DNA from: Heteronotia binoei
Taxonomy: Eukaryota
Length of the DNA stretch: 64,000 bases
Direction of reading: 5' to 3'
Assembly: GCF_032191835.1 (NCBI RefSeq)
Contig: NC_083240.1
Coordinates: forward strand, 40,176,001 to 40,240,000
Positions 1 to 13,888 of the stretch are shown here, piece by piece. The notes below the pieces were generated by a model. That model saw only the letters and a list, made by a program, of their open reading frames with translations. It made no database searches and was not told where the DNA came from. Within the stretch, counting starts at the first letter, position 1, and the number at the start of each line of letters is the position of its first letter. Made by a program: the position numbers and the translations under genes.

Positions 1-1959
1 AGAAACGAGATCTTTTGATAGACTGGAGGAACTCTTTGCTTTACAGAAAAATCCAAGATGTCAAAAACTGACAGTGTTTTTAAATACCCTAAACAGAGCA
101 GCCACCTGTTGACCCACCATTTACCAGAGTTTTACACAGCAGTGTGAAATAGAACTGCGTTCCATCACGGCCAGAACCTATTTTGGTTTCTTATACTAAT
201 TCGATTAGGCTGGGTATTCTTTGTAGATATACTGTAATCTCACTAGAGGTACTTGAAAGTCTGAACTTTAACAGAGGCAGACGGAGATAAATGGTGGATT
301 AGGGTCCATAGGTCAATTAAAATTTTCTTTCTATTTATTTACACAGTTAGGGAGCACAGATCCAGAGCAGTGTAGTGGCCAAGGCTGCAGATGATACAAA
401 ATTATTCAGCATGGTGAAAATCAAGGATGACTGGGTGAGTGGGCAACAATAGGGCAAAGGGATTCATGTTGGTAAGTACTGAAATGATGCATTTGGACAA
501 ACAATTCCAGCTTCAAGTATATGCTAACAGGGTCTGATTTGAAATGGCTGGGCATTGTGAGCTTTTGTACATAAGTTGCTTCATGTGCTGGTCAGCCAGT
601 GGAGAAAATAGAGGTTTTGCTCTGTAACTTGGTTGAGCAAAGCAAGCTGTGATGCAGAAGAGAGCAAGAGAGGGAGTAGAAAGAAGACAACAGTTAGTTG
701 CTTGTGGGCCTGTTACAGCCCTCAGACTGCATGTTTGGCACCCCTGCTCTAAAGTATAACAGTTAACAGAGAATTCTTCTAGGTCTATGCAATGTTTGCC
801 AAAGCTCCCTGAAATAAATGGAAGAATATTTCTGAGCTGAAGTGCTGCTAGAGTTGGCACTCCAGAGCTCCCATTCCTCCTATATCAGGAGGGTATCTAT
901 GGCTGTAATAAAATACTATATCAGGCAATGTTTCTGCCATTTTGCAGTATTTTCTGATAGTAGTATCAATGGAATGGTTAGAAAAAGACATGAGCTGCAA
1001 TCTTCAGGACATTTTCCTGAAAATAAACTCCACTGATTAACATGGGACTTACGTTTGAGTAGACCTGCTTCGGATTGCTCTCATAGCATCATTGGTAAGA
1101 ACCAACACTGCAGAGATTCTATTAAGCCTGGAGAATTTCACCTTACTCCAGTCTGCTATGCCTTTTTTTTTTAATGATATTTCCAGCTGTTCGTATTACT
1201 TTTAATTAGAGCATTTACATTTGTAAATACAGTAACTCCTAAGTATTTTCATATATTAGTAACCCACTTCTATTTAGCTGTGTTCATACATTTGCTTTCA
1301 ATTAGGTTGGTAGTCAAAAAAATTCTAGTTTCATTAAAAAAAAAATACCAGAGACCCAGGAACTTCTCTATGTCCCTGCAATAAATTCTGAATTGCTATC
1401 AACGAGACTGCAAGTTCTGTAGAGTATAAAACTATCAAACTAGTTTTATGGCATAACTTTTTACTTTTATTTCCAACTGCTTTGGCAAAAGGCTCAGCAG
1501 AAAGTGTTGTTGAATACAAAAAGCACAGTTTTGTCCCCCCATGCCAACAACTGAATTCATTGGATCAAATTGAACTCATTGGATCAAAATTGATCACTTT
1601 CACATGAACATGAGGTTCCTCATATAAAGCCTCACTTATTCTAATTAACCCCAGGCCAAATTTCATCTGTTTCAAAGTGAATTCTTTTCTCCCCCAGGCA
1701 GTTGAATGTCGTGCAATGATAAACTTGGCAGGTGTTGGAATATTTATAGTACGGCCTGATACTTTAAGTTCTTTGTATGTTATCTGCATTGCTTCAATGA
1801 GGAATAAATCTTTTTTTGCTCTTCTTCAAATTAGAGATGATCAAAAGTTTTGCTAGTATATGCAATTAACGCATGTGCTTATCATCACATCTCATGTTCG
1901 TTTGTCCATTCTGAGCCTAGTGCTGATCAGTTTCATCAGGGAACCCAGAGCTGAAGTCA

Positions 1960-2233
1960 GAAAGAAGACTGCAGATTTATATCCTGCTCTTCTCTCTGAA
2001 TCAGAGACTCAGAACGGCTTATAATCTCCTATATCTTCTCCCCCCACAACAGACACCCTGTGAGGTGGGTGGGGCTGAGAGGGCTCTCCTAGCAGCTGCC
2101 CTTTCAAGGACAACCTCTGCCAGAGCTATGGCTGACTCAAGGCCATTCCAGCAGGTGCAAGTGGAGGAGTGGGGAATCAAACCCGGTCCAAGATAAGAGT
2201 CCGCACACTTAACCACTATACCAAACCGGCTCT
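1960..2233 (-). mobile_element. Squam3-like tRNA-derived SINE
   Basis: Head gagccggtttggtatagtggttaag, body ccttgaaagggcagctg, TCT-type tail. Confidence 0.8.
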
Positions 2234-3131
2234 GCATTTATAATTTTATAGACATCTATCACATGCATTCCTCGGTAGTCTATCCCCCACAAAAAAATAA
2301 AAGGCTGGGAGCCAACTGCTGCGTCTAAGACCAGTACAACCAGTGTCCAAATCTGCAAATCCAACCCTTACAAACAAACCAGCCTGCTAAAACTGATTCT
2401 TGTACAGATCATGTTTGCTAAATCAAAGCATTCTTTTTTTTCAAACGTGTTTAAGCTCCCTCCCTGCCGTAAGTTGGTTCACAAAGCCATGGAGGTTGCT
2501 ATTCTGTGCAACAGCCAAGGTCTTTAGTCAGCAGCCTCGCTCGACAATTCCCGTGACTATTTAGGAAAAGAAATGATGGTTAAGTGGAACATCCACACCT
2601 CTTTAGGCCAGCAAAATAATGACCTTTCTTGCCAAGCTACTTAAGACACAAGGGGTGATAACAGACCGACACTTTGGGCCAACTCAGAGATGGCTCTGAA
2701 ACTGACCCAAAAAATCCTTCCACACATAAACACCTGCCCCCCCCCCCTGTCCCTGCTCCATACTCACCCCATCCTCTGGCCTCCACAGGCTGGATCGAAC
2801 AGCTACCACTCCTGAAATGGTAGCAAATTTCTGAGCCAACAGCCAGTTCCCCTGTCCGAGTCTGGAAGCTGAAGGGCGCAAGAGAAACTGCCAAGCCGTT
2901 TCCAGTTTGTTTGTTTTTTTTGTAAAACCTAACCAGAGCGCTGGAGCACGTGAGCATACAAGGACTTGACTCTTCAAGGGAGAAAAAGAGCAGTCCGGCT
3001 TCTGAGTCCACTCCCCATCTGAATGTGCCAAGTCGCCTTGTAGACAGGATGGGGCCACCTCACCGGGGAGCGTGTGGAAGCTTCAGGATGGCTCTTTTTG
3101 AGCCGGCCCAATTCAGGATGCCTCCCAACCA

Positions 3132-3325
3132 GTGTTCCCTCTAAGCTGAGTGAGTGTGAACCAGCTCACAGATTTTTAGCCTCCAGCTCACACATTTTTG
3201 TCTTAGCTCAGGAAGGATGGCCCCAGAGCACACTAATTCATGCAGGAGCTCACAACTTTAATGCCAGTCGCTCATGAAGTAGATTTTTTGCTCACAAGAC
3301 CCTGCAGCTTAAAGGGAACATTGCT
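3132..3325. mobile_element. MITE with CAGTGTTCCCTCTAAGCTG TIR; relatives at ~32545-32715, ~37110-37290 and ~52905-53451
   Basis: cagtgttccctctaagctg ... cagcttaaagggaacattg. Confidence 0.7.
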
Positions 3326-3445
3326 CCCAACTGCCCATCTGTTATCACCCAAGGAGTATGAGCTAGTTACCCCAGCTGCAGCTGCTTAAAAGCTAATGAA
3401 ATTTCTTAGTACAGCTAACTGCAGTTTCAAGTCTGAGAACAGTAC

Positions 3446-3535
3446 CTCTTGAGACAATTCACCAGGGATCCCTTTCATCGTTTCAAACTCCAGCATGCTC
3501 TGAATGTTGTCCAGATCAGATTCAGCCACCTGGAA
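3446..3535 (-). CDS. SKA2: SKA2 coding exon 2 (90 nt, phase 0/0); further exons not found and presumably lie left of the window
   Basis: Minus strand tctag|TTC...GAG|gtact; translates FQVAESDLDNIQSMLEFETMKGIPGELSQE, resembling human [20 protein letters not shown]. Confidence 0.92.
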
Positions 3536-3697
3536 CTAGAACACCCAGAATGATCAATCAAACCCCACGTCTGTACATTTAAAATGAGAGGGCTGCGACT
3601 GCATATCCTCATGCAACGCTGCAGCATCAGGAAGGAGAGAGAACAGAATAACCCAATGAGAAACATGGATAAAGCCTCAGGAAGAGCAGTTCATGTA

Positions 3698-4294
3698 ATG
3701 TACAGATACAGGGAATGAAGATCTTTCAAAGTCCAGGAGTAAACTTTTATAGGCATGAGCATTGTGCCTCCAGCTTTAATTTGCAAAGATAGCGTACATT
3801 GGCTATCAGATTTGGGGAAACTTTAAAGCAGGTATTCAGAGCATACATACTTGGTGGCAGGGCCTGGCGTGACTTTGTCCATAAGGTCGCAAAAGAGTCA
3901 GACCCGACTGTGCGACTGAACAACAGCGACAAATGTACAATGAGCATGAAAGCAACAATACGGCTTGTTACATTAAAAGAGGCTGCTGGAACAATCCAGA
4001 AAAATGAGATCAACAGTCTGAGAATCAAAGCTATATTTGAAAGGAGATCCTGTCCTTGGTTGGCAAAAAAATCCTACTGACATGCAGTAGTCCATGGGTC
4101 AGAAGGCTTACTAGTTCTGCGAAATACCCCGCCACCAAGAATGTATGCTCTGAATACCTGTTTTAAAGTTTCCCCAAGTCTGATAGCCAATGCACACTGC
4201 CTTTGCAAATTAAAGCTGGGGGGCACAATGCTCTTATGCCTATAAAAGTTTACTCCCAGGCTGTGAAAGATCTTCTTTCCCTGTATGTGTACAT
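3698..4294. repeat. Inverted repeat (arms ~3698-3862 and ~4128-4294), possible foldback MITE
   Basis: gaagatctttc...ggagtaaacttttataggcat...ttggtggc is mirrored by the right arm. Confidence 0.85.
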
Positions 4295-5403
4295 GGAAGT
4301 TGCTGTTTTAGGTATTCAACCTATCTGGTAGGAGAAAAACTCAGAGAAATGACTTGTGCAGACTTGCAAATGGTAAACTAACTCATCCAGGTAGCCATGC
4401 CCTCATTCAATCGATCCAGGCTCTCTCTCTTGGAATAGACTGTTATCGGGTATGACTGCATCATTCAGAGATGCAACAGGATCACAGCCCCACAAAAGAG
4501 GCCCCCACCAGGTGAGGCGGGGGGGGGAGTGTCTTAGGTTCATGCAAGCCTTAATATGGGCTCTATTTTAGTCGTTTAACTTCGATAACACTATGGCAAA
4601 CCTTGGCACATTGTCTGGGAATCACTGCTGTATCTTTTGATACTCACCCTTGGTGTATAACTGCCCTTATTTTGGCATTTTGACCGTTTGTGGGCACCTT
4701 TAAAAATATGTGGATGTGAATTTCAATTTTTCATAAACGCCTTGCTGGATCAGACCAGTGGTCTGTCTAATCCAACATCCTGCTTCACACAGGAGCCAAG
4801 TAGTTGCCCTGAGGGACCAACAAACATACCACAGAGGCCAAAGTCTGTCCTGATTTGCCTATTAGCACTGGTATGAAGAATGTTACACCACCTCTAAATA
4901 TGGATAGATACTGTAGTGATTTGAATGCATGTGTGTTCCCTTCAATTGTTGGTATGTTGCGGTAGATAAAGGGGGATGAAAGAGGAAGAATGAGTGAGTG
5001 GGGTGATTGAGTGTGGATGGGGCTAAACTGAGTGTGGGTAGAGCTAAAGCATGTGTGTGTGTGGAGAGGGAGAAAAAGAGAGAGAGAGAAATCAGCAGTT
5101 TTGAGCATCAGAAGATGAAGACAACTGAAGATTTATACCCCACCCTTCTCTCTCCCCACACTTAACCACTACACCAAACTGGCTCTGGTCAAACAGCCTA
5201 CAGTCTGAAACCACAGTCTTCTGGTTAGAAGCCCATTTAGTGCTGTGAAAGGCATTAAAAGTTTCTAAAGAAGAGACTGATAATACTAAGAGTACATAGT
5301 AGTGGCTGAAGAGAGTCAACCCTAATACTGTCACAGTCTTATAAGACTGTGAGAGAAAGAAGCAGACAGAACCTTAAGAATGAATTGAGAGTGAGGAGTG
5401 GTA

Positions 5404-5616
5404 CATATGAACATATGAAGCTGCCTTATACTGAATCAGACCGTCGGTCCATCAAAGTCAGTATTGTCTACTCAGACTGGCAGCAGCTCTCCAGGGTCTC
5501 AGGCTGAGGTTTTTCACGCCTATTTGCCTGGACCCTTTCTAGCTGGAGATGCCGGGGACTGAACCTGGGACCTTCTGCTTACCGAGCAGATGCTCTACCA
5601 CTGAGCCACCATCCCT
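5404..5616 (-). mobile_element. Squam2-like tRNA-derived SINE
   Basis: Head ggtggctcagtggtagagcatctg, tail gcagcttcatatgttcatatg. Confidence 0.75.
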
Positions 5617-6020
5617 AGTGAAGTGGAGTGTGACACCTCAGCAGTTATTAATTTCCATTGTTTTATCCACTGAAATTATAGTTATACATACTAAAACCAA
5701 TATGCTTCATATATAAATAAAGTTTTATTAAAACCTGGGTTTGTATACGAGTATAACAAGAGTCTCATCCTCAGGGCCACATCGTCCAATGAGGAGGCCT
5801 TAGAGCTTGGGCACAATCCGGTGGGGAACGATAAAGTGTTTGGAATTAAAGTCCTGGTGGAAGCGTTACATACAATGAGAAAATGTGACTGATCCATAGC
5901 CATGATGGTCTGCAGCAGAACAACAAAGTTAGAATCCAGTGGCACCGTAAAGGCTGACAAGATCTCCAAGCTTTTTTGAGAGTTGCAGCTTTCTTCATTA
6001 GATACTAAGAGGACGTCGAC

Positions 6021-6282
6021 ATTGCATTTATATTCCACCCTCCACTCCAAATCTCAGAGTGGCTCACAATCTCCTTTATCTTCCTCCCCCAACAACAGAC
6101 ACCCTGTGAGGTGGGTGGGGCTGAGAGGCCTCTCACAGCAGCTGCCCTTTCAAGAACAGTTCTGTGAAAGCTATGACTGACCCAAGGCCATTCCAGCAGC
6201 TGCAAGTGGAGGAGTGGGGAATCAAACCCGGTTCTCCCAGGTAAGAGTCCGCACATTTCACCACTACACCAAACTGGCTCTC
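6021..6282 (-). mobile_element. Squam3-like SINE
   Basis: Same head and body as other copies. Confidence 0.8.
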
Positions 6283-7990
6283 TAAGAAGGGAGATTTGAC
6301 TTTCAAAAGCTAATAGCCTGGAAATCTTGCCAATCTTTGCCACAGGACTCGAATCTTGCTCTTCTAAATGTGGACGCTTCATGCTGCTGGGTCTACGGAA
6401 TTTTAACACGAGAGGGGTGAGAAACAGGAAAATACCCCTTTGGGGCAAAGACTCCATGCAGTACACAACTTAGCACTGGGATCAGGCAACAACCCCTGAT
6501 CCAAGAATATGACTGATATGTATACAAAGAAGGGATGGAACTGCAGATTTATCATGAGTGGGGACTGCCCATGATAGTAGAAATTAATGTTTTCTAAGCA
6601 AAATTGAAGTGTTCAACATTCAGCAACGTCTCTCTTGAAGACCCACTTGTTTCACAGCCTTCGAAACCCAATGCCCATCTTACCTCCCCCCCGCATTTGT
6701 CTCAGTTGATTACAAGTCTTGCAGACAGCACCTTAAATCTGATTTCTCTGCACAATGCCTAGGTTTGAAGAGTGGTGAGAAAGCAAGCGCTTTTTCATTT
6801 ACAAGACACACCCTGATAACAGAATGCCTTTGCCTCAAAAACAAAATTGTTGTGAACCAAAGAGCCAGCCCCCTGGAAGGCCTAGAGAGGCAAAGACAGC
6901 AGGGTGCACACTGAATCGGTGCTGCTGCTCTGATTGCATTTATGCGAAGGCAACGTCAGCTGAGCTAAGCTTCCCTGAAGGTGTTATTTTAAAGGGTGGA
7001 TTTTGAGGAAGGTTATGAAAAAAGAACCACCTTCAGCAGCTGCCCTCCCCTTGGGGAAAAAAGATCAGCCACCGGAAAGCACATTCATGGTTTTTATTTA
7101 TGCAAGCAGTCCACGCACATGGGAGAACGTTGATGAACTGCCAGACGGCCATCATTTCATGCTTCCCACTATTCCTCCCCGCTATATTGCAGGTTCACCC
7201 ACTTGTTTTTTAAAAAAATGCTCTCAAACCAGTTCATCACAATTTAACGAATGGATAATCAAACCTCACTGTAACCTCACTGTTAACCCTGTACTCAGGG
7301 TAAATGAGCCACTGGGGAACCAAAGAAGATGGCAAGGTTTCAGAATGATTACTTAATTAACTTTGACTGGCTCCTCAAAGTATCTTGTAAGGAGTCCTGG
7401 GAACAGCGTTACCACCCAAGTTGCAAAAGCACTGCAAAGAATGCCTTCACAGACAGCGCACCACTTAGGGCACGGTATATTTACTTCCAAGCGACATTAA
7501 TTCATAGAGTCGCTTTAAGTCAGAAGCAACATGATGGCAAGTAACACACACAGTTACCTTCTTCATTCCCAGGGGCCACTGGATTCTCCAAGCAGCACTG
7601 CATTTTGTGGCCCAAACTACAGTTAGGTTCCATCATTAAAGACGGTGCCACCCAGTGGCTGAAGGCTTCCCAGTTACACCCTGCGCATGTTCAGACTTGG
7701 CATCAGATACCAAAACCGACATAAAAATTGTCACACAGCATGGAACCGAGGAATCTATTGCTTGCAACTCAACAAGCAGTTCTGCCTTCTTTTTTTTTTT
7801 AAAGAGGGCAAATATTTTTGATTGATGAAAATTCAGTAGGCCTAGAAGGGATCAGAGAAGATGTACACCTTTGGCACTGTTCTGGCTTAGGAATGCATTA
7901 GAAAGAGCAGCATTAGGCAAGTGCCATGAACTCAGGGCTACTTACAGTCGCTAATTCTTCACCTGTGACCGACTTTATACAGCCTGAGAC

Positions 7991-8253
7991 AGAAGATACT
8001 GCATTTATATTCCGTCCTCCACTCTGAATCTCAGAGTGGCTTACAATCTCCTTATCTTCTTCCTCCACAACACCCTGTGAGGTGGGTGGGGCTAAGAGAG
8101 CTCTGACAGAAGCTGCACTTTCAAGGACAACTCCTGCAAGGGCTATGGCTGACCCAAGGCCATTCCAGCAGCTGCAAGTGGAGGAGTGGGGAATCCAACC
8201 TGGTTCTCCCAGATAAGAGTCTGTGCACTTAACTGCTACACTAAACTGGCTCT
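7991..8253 (-). mobile_element. Squam3-like SINE
   Basis: Same head and body. Confidence 0.8.
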
Positions 8254-8942
8254 ATTTAGGATAGACAAGGAGAATGGAGCCACTGTACTTCCTGTTCCAT
8301 TCTGCCAGTGCTTCTCTCCTCTACGCTTTTCTCCCAATAGCTGTTACAAGCTTGTCTCCATTTTCCCTTCCAGCCAATGGTGGGCAAAGGGGAGCAAGAG
8401 AACCTGTTAAAGGAGCAAGGGCAAACATATAGGAGCTGTATCCTCCTGCTGCCTGGAGCCATTTAAGACAGCCACGCTTTGCAACCAACAATAAGGATAC
8501 ACTAAGGCTAGAATAGGGTTTGTCTGGCTCCTCTCCAGCCCCCTCAAAAAGGCTGAAGGTGGTACCTGAACCTCTGCAATATTCCTTATCATTTATCCCC
8601 AGTTGTCTGGGTACTTAAAGGAGTTATGTGACTATGCTCAGAGCGGATGTTGACTCAGAAACAAGTAGCCAGTTTTGAACTTCCAGGAGGGCCATGTGTG
8701 CAAGAAATACCTGCTTTTCAACAGTAAAAGGGGAAAAAAACAAATATGTTAGTATCCCGATACTGTTACAATATTCACAGGCTTGATGGAGGACAACAGT
8801 GACCTCAAAGTAACTAGGGGCTACCAAACGACTGTAAAATCCATTTGCTGAGTCTTCCTTTTACCACAACTGAAATACAGCTTAAAGTTCTCCCGAGCTG
8901 CTATGTGCCGTTTTGTGATACATAAAGAAGTAATTCAATTAG

Positions 8943-8989
<47 letters not shown>

Positions 8990-8991
8990 GA

Positions 8992-9188
8992 ATGAACATA
9001 TGAAGCTGCCTTCTACTGAATCAGACCCTCGGTCCATCAAAGTCAGTCTTGTCTACTCTCCAGGGTCTCAAGCTGAGGTTTTTCATGCCTATTTGCCTGG
9101 ACTCTTTTTAATTGGAGATGCTGGGGATTGAACCTGGGACCTTCTGCTTACCAAGCAGATGCTCTACCGCTGAGCCACCGTCCCTCCC
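8992..9188 (-). mobile_element. Squam2-like SINE (internal deletion)
   Basis: Same head and tail. Confidence 0.75.
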
Positions 9189-9737
9189 TAATTATATGTA
9201 TAGCCAAAGGGTTCCTGCTTATTCAAAAAAGAAAGGCCACCTTAAACATTCTTTTTCTTTCCCTATTTACAGAAGACAAACGAGAACCAAGAGCAAAGCT
9301 TTCATTACCAACCAGCTCATCAAGATTTCAGTTCAATCAAGCACTTTAAGCATCAATAATGATTGCGCTTGGGTCAAATCTGTCCAACACTACCCCCACC
9401 TACCAAGTGTCTACTCAAGAGACACTTCAACTAGAAAAGAGACGACAAGGGCAGTGACCACATCAGCTGCCAGACCTGTTTAAAGAACATGGTATTTAAT
9501 TCATTACAGTTATCATCAACTAACAGTGCAATCGTAAAACACTTTCCTGGGAGTAAGCCTCACTGAATAGACAGGAGTAGGATGGTGAATAGACCCACTT
9601 AGGATTCCTTCCTGCAGCTTGTCATTCTAATAACCGGCGCAAGGCAAGGAAGCATCTTCCAGCCTGCTCCATGGATAGATTCACTTGCATGAACTCTGAA
9701 ATAGCAGATGGAAGCCAGAAGGTAGTCGCTGCAGGCT

Positions 9738-9821
9738 CTGCTCACAGGTGCTTTGACAATACTATTGCACTGCTAGCTGGAAGGAACAGTAGTGCAATGA
9801 AGTCAGAGCGCTCGTCAGCAG
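9738..9821 (-). ncRNA. MIR301A: pre-miR-301 (miR-301a-type) hairpin in SKA2 intron 1
   Basis: Reverse complement of 9750-9772 is CAGUGCAAUAGUAUUGUCAAAGC (miR-301a-3p); pairing 5p arm GCUCUGACUUCAUUGCACUACU at 9788-9809; same strand as host. Confidence 0.95.
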
Positions 9822-11809
9822 AGGGATACTTCTGAGGTCAGCACCAGGAATCTGCTGCTTAAAAAAACAAGAGGGACTGTCATCTACGGTATGAGCAAGA
9901 AAGCTTCAGTTAGTAGGATTGGAACCCCCCCCCCCCAAGATTTTCCTTATCTTTAAACCATAGCGAGAGGGGGGGGGGATCAAAATCAGATACCCATGAC
10001 CCTTTCCATCAGCCCATTTGAAACTCCTCCACACCCTACTCTACATGGATCCCAGTAGTGCCTGCTGGAACATGTCTTTGAGTCCACCAAGTGTTTTTAG
10101 AAAGTGGGTGGGTCCAGGTGGGGCTTTTGCCCAGCTAGGCTTCTGACTGGCTGCGCACATAACATCGTTTCAGCAGCCGGTACCACCACAATATTGGTCT
10201 TACTCTTAACTCCTCTTTCCCAGGGTGCTTTTAAAATTTCCCCCTTCTCCCCTGCACTTGGGTTTCCAGCGTGCGGCTCAACCTCCTATGGCAGCCATTT
10301 TGCAGATGCACCCAGCACCCAGGCTACCCAAAGGCTCAAAAAGGTTTGGGACCTTGTCATATTGCGCTAGTCTTAAAACTGCATTAACCTGCAAGCTGCC
10401 TTAGTTTGCTGGCTCTAAAGTCCACCTCTCCCAGAGTTGAGTGGTCTGGCTCAAGGGCATTTTCTTTAACAGGCGGCTAGAAGAAGCCCATTCCTGACTG
10501 CAGATTCCTCTTCGGCATTGCTGTGCACAAGCTGCAGCCAAGCTAGCACAGCGTGGAGGCACAAAATGAAAGCACACGTTTCTGGGTGCATCATGCACCC
10601 GCTTGTCAGGCCTGTAAACAGCCACCCACCTACTCATCAGTAGCAAGAAAAATGACCTGCAAGTGAGCAAGCTGAGAAGCGTTTACTGATTGGGAGAGTG
10701 GATTTTTGTTTATATATTTTGGAAGTGCTAAGGTAATAGTTTGTGGCACATGCTGGCATCCAAGCGAGTAACAGATCTGAAGGCTGGCAACTCATGGGAT
10801 TATTTATGAGGCCGCTGTATGTGCATCAGGATGGAATGAATGTGCAGACACATCAGAACTGTTGGGCATAGAAATCATTGGTCCAAATCAAGTTGATTAG
10901 TGTCCACTCCACAGACGAGAAGGCCAGGGGGAGGGGGAAGAGACTAGAAACATTCTGGAAAAAATTGGGGCCTTCAGTTTTTCCAACAGAAAATACGGGG
11001 GAGGGTTGGGAAAGACTAAACAAAATTCCAATGAAACATTTTCTCTTTTGGAACGACTAAAATTATCCTTAAGAAAAGGAAATTCATACTGTAAACGTGC
11101 AGCATGAACATTTTGTGCAAGACAAATCTACAGAATGATAAAGCGATATCTTATGTATACCGTACAGATGTTTAACATTTCCAATGGTATGTTTATTGTT
11201 TAAACATCAACAATCTGGGCAACAATTAATATGCCATAATGTGTTTAATGACAACCCATTATTAAAGAGTTCAATATTAGAAAGTTTAACTTGATAGCTT
11301 AGTTTTAGTAGCAATTTTGGTTGCTACTAGACATTTCTGTCTATACTATTTTTACTGCAAAATCTGTTTACTAATTTCAATTGTTTTTCATATCTCATCT
11401 TGTGACAAAAATTATGATAAACCTGCTTAGGTGGCATAGGGAGTCAAATTCGACAGCTCTTGCTGTCTGATACTGGGTATAAGTTATAATTTTGCCAGTA
11501 AAAAAGAATTTGTACTTCTAAATTCTGAAATTTATAGTTTTATAATTAACAATCTGATTTTGTGTGCTAATTAAGTAATGTATTTCACACATTTTATGTT
11601 ACCAAAGCAGTACAAACTTTGGGCTTCCCAGAAAAATAAGTATTGTGTATTATCCCATCCAGATATGTAAAGTATTCCGTGCCCCTGCTCTAGACATTAA
11701 CACATCTCTTAACAGACACACGACAGTCAAATGGCATCCGTCCTTTCCAGCTGTGTTTTAGCTGACTGGGCAAGGCCATCCGGAACAATGCAGTGAGGCG
11801 AACAGCACT

Positions 11810-11888
11810 GCTGGCCAATGCCCTTTTAACATTGCACTGCTTTTTGTGCAGGTTCGCTAGTAGTACAACACAAAAAGGGCAGTGGACA
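11810..11888 (-). ncRNA. MIR130C: pre-miR-130 (miR-130c-type) hairpin in SKA2 intron 1
   Basis: Reverse complement of 11818-11839 is CAGUGCAAUGUUAAAAGGGCAU; 5p arm GCCCUUUUUGUGUUGUACUACU at 11859-11880. Paralogue letter inferred from the 5p arm. Confidence 0.9.
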
Positions 11889-13044
11889 GACACTTCTCGC
11901 CATCCAGAAGGCAGCAGAACTAAACCACCTCGGAAGAATACTCCCTCCCCATCCTCCAGAAAAAAAGCAGGTAACTCCAAAGTTGGAAAGAATGCCATAT
12001 GAAGGCTTGCACAGTGTTTAAAGAATGAGATGAAACCCAACAAAAGATGTGGTTTATGAACACAGTAAGATCTCATTTCGGGCTTCCAGTATATTTTTTG
12101 AGGGGAGGGGGAATAAAGATAATCCCAGCGCTTCATTTAACACACACATCCACAAAAGCTCCATCTCCAAGACACACCAACTTTAAAGGCAGAAGAATTG
12201 AGGGCTGTGAGCCACCAGGCCAACTCCTCCAATAGTAATCTCAAGCCAAGATCTGCTGTCTAGGATGTCACCTGGCCCAGAATCTGCAGAGATGAAAAAC
12301 AGCAATTCGCTTTACACTTTCCTAAGAAAGGCACCACGTAAGAGACTCCAAAACTGAAAGCAACGTGTAATATTCAGAAGCCCATGTCATGTTTTCTTAT
12401 GGTTTCATGGTACCAAAATCTGGACAGTTTCAGACCAGATTTTACTGATGGCTTGAGGTAAATTGGCCAGGCAAACTGCTATGAAGGACTTAGGAAAAAA
12501 ACCAGGTCTGTTAGGTCTTTTCATTCTCTAATCTGAATAAAGTTATACTATGTTTGTTTAAGACCCTCAGCCTATTCCTAAATGACCGCAGCATCTTACA
12601 TAGCAGTCCTGAACTCCTGAAAAGGAATTCAAGTCCAAGAACACAAGGCTGCTTGGTCTCTGAATGGTCCACTGAATGCTGAAAGCAAAATGTGAGACGA
12701 TTCCATGGAATAGCAATTCCACATCCCTTCATTGGGAGTGGGGGATCCTGAGCGCTATCAGGACCCTGCCTGGGGATAGGATTTAGAGGACCTGCTGTCC
12801 TCTATTAGGACAACTGGAATATGATGTGTTACTTAGGCCTAAATTTTAAAACAAATTATATCAATAAAGTGTTGTTTACCTTTTGGCACAAACCTGCATA
12901 CAGAAGAAATTTATCTACTTCTTCCAGAACTAGGAAGTTTGAAAAAAGCAAATAGGAATTTCTTCAAATGCAAACATTTTGCAGGTGCCTAAATGAGAGG
13001 AAAATATGAAGAATCAGTATGCCAAAGTAAGACCTTGTGTAAAA

Positions 13045-13289
13045 GAAGAAGACTGCAGATTTAGACTCAGAATGGCTTAAAATCTCCTATAACTTCTCCC
13101 CCCACAACAGACACCCCGTGAGGTGGGTGGGGCTGAGAGAACTCTCACAGCAGCTGCCCTTTTAAGGACAACCCCTGCAATAGCTACGGCTGACCCAAGA
13201 CCATGACAGGAGGTCCAAGTGGAGGAGTGGGGAATCAAACGCAGTTCGCCCAGATAAGAATCTGCACGCTTAACCACTACACCAAACTG
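13045..13289 (-). mobile_element. Squam3-like SINE
   Basis: Same head and body. Confidence 0.8.
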
Positions 13290-13671
13290 TATATAAACTT
13301 ATGAATATATATTATGAACAATTAGAGCTTTTGAACAAAGTCAGTTAACTGAGATAAGCACTGATCTAATCCTGATCAGTGCAGAAAATGAAACTGAAAA
13401 ACCTTGCCAAATGAAGTGAAAACAGAAGAGAATATATAGGTCCAGGTATTCTCCAACTGCATCTTTTGTATACAGGTTATAAGGAGAGCAGGCCAGCAAC
13501 ATATAACCCATTCACCCTGAACTGGTCCCAACTAGTCCTCCCTAGTTTTTGCTTAATTCAATACCAGGATGGAATGGACTGGCCTAAACATGATCTGCTA
13601 CTGCTACCCATTTAGCAGGAATGTGGACTAGAAAAAAATGCCTCTACTGGGACAAGAGCGGAATGGATGGT

Positions 13672-13888
13672 AGGAGGGATGGTGGCTCAGTGGTAGAGCA
13701 TCTGCTTGGTAAACAGAAGGTCCCAGGTTCAATCCCCAGCATCTCCAACTAAAAAGGGTCCAGGCAAGTAGGCATGAAAAACTTCAGCTTGAGACCCTAG
13801 ACAGCTGCTGCCAGTTTGAGTAGACAATACTGACTTTGACTGGACCGAAGGTCCAGTTCAGTATAAGGCAGCTTCATATGTTCATATG
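13672..13888 (+). mobile_element. Squam2-like SINE
   Basis: Same head and tail. Confidence 0.75.

Noticed and set aside
1565-1789. 74-aa minus-strand ORF as SKA2 exon 3 or a new gene
   Set aside because: No similarity to the expected SKA2 exon 3 (KNPVTLLKEL...) and no family recognised
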